DNA of 64,000 nt from Shigella phage Shfl2, in sequence record HM035025, one strand, 5' to 3'. This document shows positions 61,666-64,000 of this stretch, one piece after another (position 1 is the first letter of the stretch; each line of letters opens with the position of its first letter). A model generated the notes under the pieces. It made no database searches, was not told the origin of the DNA, and saw only the letters and a program-made list of their open reading frames with translations. The position numbers and the translations under genes are program-made.

Positions 61666-61940
61666 TCGAAATAATCTTCAATTTCATAATCATGGACGTA
61701 AATCATTATAGTTTTTAATACATCATCAATACTTTTTCCTGGAGCTGGAATTACGTAAAAATATCCTGCTTTTGAAAGGTCTTTATAAGTTCCAATCAAG
61801 AAATCATTATTCTCGAGATGTAATTCTTCAACTAATTCATTAACAATTGAGTGGTATAAATTTGGTAGAAACTTATATAGCTTTTCTAGAATATCAATTT
61901 TGATTGTGTATTGAACCACAGACTGAGAATCAATAATCAT
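61662..61940 (-). CDS. arn: Arn, anti-restriction protein (McrBC inhibitor in T4)
   Basis: 92 aa, acidic, T4 Arn length and position between asiA and motA. Confidence 0.7.
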   Translation of the reverse strand: MIIDSQSVVQYTIKIDILEKLYKFLPNLYHSIVNELVEELHLENNDFLIGTYKDLSKAGYFYVIPAPGKSIDDVLKTIMIYVHDYEIEDYFE

Positions 61941-62023
61941 AGACCTTCCCCTTATGTTTCTGTTTACGATTAGAATCTTTAAACGCTTTCTTCTTATCTT
62001 TATGAACAGAAGCTTTATTAAAA

Positions 62024-62242
62024 TTATGTTTTGCGACTAAATTGTTCATAGTGCTGAATTACCTCTCTCAAACATTTGCATGTGAATGAAAACTTTTTAG
62101 CTACACCACATTCAAATATGTGTTCTCTTAAATCACGTGTATCAGTATATCCCATCTCAACGATAAAATGCCGTATTAGATTTTTATCTTTATCATTGAG
62201 AGAATTAAAATAATCGGATTTTGAATTAATTTCCCTGGCCAA
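62024..62242 (-). CDS. Hypothetical protein
   Basis: 72-aa ORF. Confidence 0.5.
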   Translation of the reverse strand: MAREINSKSDYFNSLNDKDKNLIRHFIVEMGYTDTRDLREHIFECGVAKKFSFTCKCLREVIQHYEQFSRKT

Positions 62243-62522
62243 ATTGAATCACCTTCAGTTGACGTTTTAATTCTTTTATCATTTCTTCGTTCATCACAAT
62301 ATAAAGATCGCGTAAAGCAGGTTTTAGCATTCCATTTACTGGAGAACTAAATGGACATACATAATCTTTTCCTACAAGCTTTTTGGTAAATTCCATATCA
62401 CAAAATTTAAATGCTGGCTCATTCGCATAAATTCCCCAATTAGTTGACATCATTTTATTGGCATATTCCAGTGCCTGGATTTGATTCATAATTCCATCGA
62501 TTTGAAACTTTTTAATATTCAT
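62226..62522 (-). CDS. Hypothetical protein
   Basis: 98-aa ORF. Confidence 0.5.
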   Translation of the reverse strand: MNIKKFQIDGIMNQIQALEYANKMMSTNWGIYANEPAFKFCDMEFTKKLVGKDYVCPFSSPVNGMLKPALRDLYIVMNEEMIKELKRQLKVIQFGQGN

Positions 62523-62983
62523 TAGTAAAGGTCCTCAGAGTAAAGTTCTTTTTCACTACCACCACGTTCAATACGTACTTGTCCAGCGTAAGTTGCAATA
62601 ATCATTGCTTCTTCACGTGTCCAATAATTACTATATTGGTCAATAAACCCTTGGTCATCATCACAAACTTGTTGAGTAACTAATTGAGGTTTAACTACAT
62701 CTAAAACTTCTGCCATATCTTTAGAATAATGACGAGCACCTGGAATAACAAGAGTTCGTCCATCTTTTAATTTAAAACGGTTGGCTGCGCAAACAATCCG
62801 TCGTTGATACTTTTGGTTTTTATCCCAATATGCAGTCTGCCAACAGATTTCAGGAACTTCTTTCAGAATATCTTCTTCTGTGCATTTATAACCATGCGCT
62901 TTAAATTTTTCAACAAGACTTTCTGGAGTTTCACGAGATAAAGGAACATTCAGCATTTTTAAACGATTAATAAATGGGTTCAT
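62522..62983 (-). CDS. Hypothetical protein
   Basis: 153-aa ORF, stop/start overlap with neighbours. Confidence 0.5.
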   Translation of the reverse strand: MNPFINRLKMLNVPLSRETPESLVEKFKAHGYKCTEEDILKEVPEICWQTAYWDKNQKYQRRIVCAANRFKLKDGRTLVIPGARHYSKDMAEVLDVVKPQLVTQQVCDDDQGFIDQYSNYWTREEAMIIATYAGQVRIERGGSEKELYSEDLY

Positions 62984-63309
62984 TTAAACCATCCTTTAAT
63001 ACGTTGCCACAAAGTTTTCTGCTGAGCTTTGTTAACACCAATTGAACGAATAACCGGTTGAGATTCCTGGAATTCTTTATAATCGGCAAGGTAAATTTCA
63101 TAAGCTGCATCTGTAAAGGAACTTATCGCTGCCATGAAATTATTGCGAATACCTACTGGAGCATCTTTACTTTCACGAATAATCATGTATTTGCCAGTCT
63201 TAATCTTTACGATGGTTCCAAGATAAGCTCCATGGTACCAGATATCCCACCCCTCTTGAGTGGGTTCTGCACAACGACGAAGTTCATTGATAATTTCTAA
63301 CTTGTTCAT
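62980..63309 (-). CDS. Hypothetical protein
   Basis: 109-aa ORF. Confidence 0.5.
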   Translation of the reverse strand: MNKLEIINELRRCAEPTQEGWDIWYHGAYLGTIVKIKTGKYMIIRESKDAPVGIRNNFMAAISSFTDAAYEIYLADYKEFQESQPVIRSIGVNKAQQKTLWQRIKGWFK

Positions 63310-63319
63310 TATTTATTCC

Positions 63320-63955
63320 TCACAGTTCAGATGCTACGGTGATTACTGCTTCAATGTTTTCTGCCGAACGTTTAATGTCAAGATACACATTACCGTTTTT
63401 AGCGATTTTACATGACATTCCGATATCAGTAAATTTCTGAATATGATGTTCCATCATTTTGTATCCAAAAATTCGCATGTTTCCATTGTTGTTAATTTCA
63501 AAATTGCGAATTCCATGAGTGCGTTTTTCTAAAATAGCGAGATAGTTACTGCGATAAGTTTCAACTTTTTTAAGAACAAATCCATTTTCATCTAAAAGTT
63601 TTAACATGAAGTCTTTATCTTCTTCCATATCAGAAGTAATCTCGCGAGCTTTACGAGTTGCTCGTTTTTTCAGTAGTTCCGGAGCATTTTCCTGTGCGTA
63701 TAAAGTTGCTGCATTTGAAATAATATCCTGAGCTTCACCAGTAATGATTAATCCATCACCAGATTTCTCCACCAGGCCTTTTTTAATCAATACCCCAATA
63801 TTACTATTAACTACTGCGTTACCTAAATCTGGATGCACCTCACGAACTTCTGCAGCTGTAATGAAATCTTTCTTAGCAATGGTAATTAAAATCGCAGCAG
63901 TTTTTTCATTCAGAACATCGTTAGAAGCTTTGATGATGTAAGTTACTTTAGACAT
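63320..63955 (-). CDS. motA: MotA middle-transcription activator
   Basis: 211 aa, T4 MotA length; basic linker KKRATRKAR between two domains. Confidence 0.9.
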   Translation of the reverse strand: MSKVTYIIKASNDVLNEKTAAILITIAKKDFITAAEVREVHPDLGNAVVNSNIGVLIKKGLVEKSGDGLIITGEAQDIISNAATLYAQENAPELLKKRATRKAREITSDMEEDKDFMLKLLDENGFVLKKVETYRSNYLAILEKRTHGIRNFEINNNGNMRIFGYKMMEHHIQKFTDIGMSCKIAKNGNVYLDIKRSAENIEAVITVASEL

Positions 63956-64000
63956 TTTCTAATCTCCGTAATTCTGTATCAGTAGTTGATAGTTGTATAG

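Noticed and set aside
61931-62049. Possible 39-aa basic minus-strand ORF between arn and the next upstream ORF
   Set aside because: Overlaps the 3' end of the 62024-62242 ORF in another frame and has no Shine-Dalgarno sequence; too weak to call.

Overview
This window reads as a contiguous, densely packed segment of a T4-like myovirus (T-even type) genome, syntenic with phage T4 from the 3' end of the tail sheath gene (18) through motA. All calls are from reading the sequence and the supplied ORF track against remembered T4 proteins and gene order; no database search or alignment was run. Left part, plus strand: tail tube 19, portal 20, prohead core 67/68, prohead protease 21, scaffold 22, major capsid 23, vertex 24, then rnlB, hoc, inh, a GIY-YIG seg-type endonuclease, uvsW, uvsY, and baseplate genes 25-26-51-27-28-29-48-54. 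Middle, minus strand: two tandem Alt-like ADP-ribosyltransferase genes, DNA ligase 30, a run of small early ORFs, rIII, co-chaperonin 31, cd, pseT, a spanin pair, alc, rnlA, denA, nrdB, nrdA, td, frd, 32, 59, 33, dsbA and rnh. Right part: long tail fibre genes 34-35-36-37, a T2-type gp38 adhesin, holin t, asiA, arn, small ORFs and motA. Exact TATAAATA late promoters, GTTTAC-type early promoters, MotA-box middle promoters and many UUCG/CGAA tetraloop hairpins are readable. No tRNA, rRNA, CRISPR array, intron or transposon was found. I did not find a clearly novel multi-gene system; the most interesting loci are the tandem Alt paralogs, a NADAR-like ORF next to a repeat-bearing HAD-like ORF downstream of ligase, an ORF lying between frd and td, the T2-type gp37/gp38 adhesin module, and a 53-bp promoter-leader cassette present twice.
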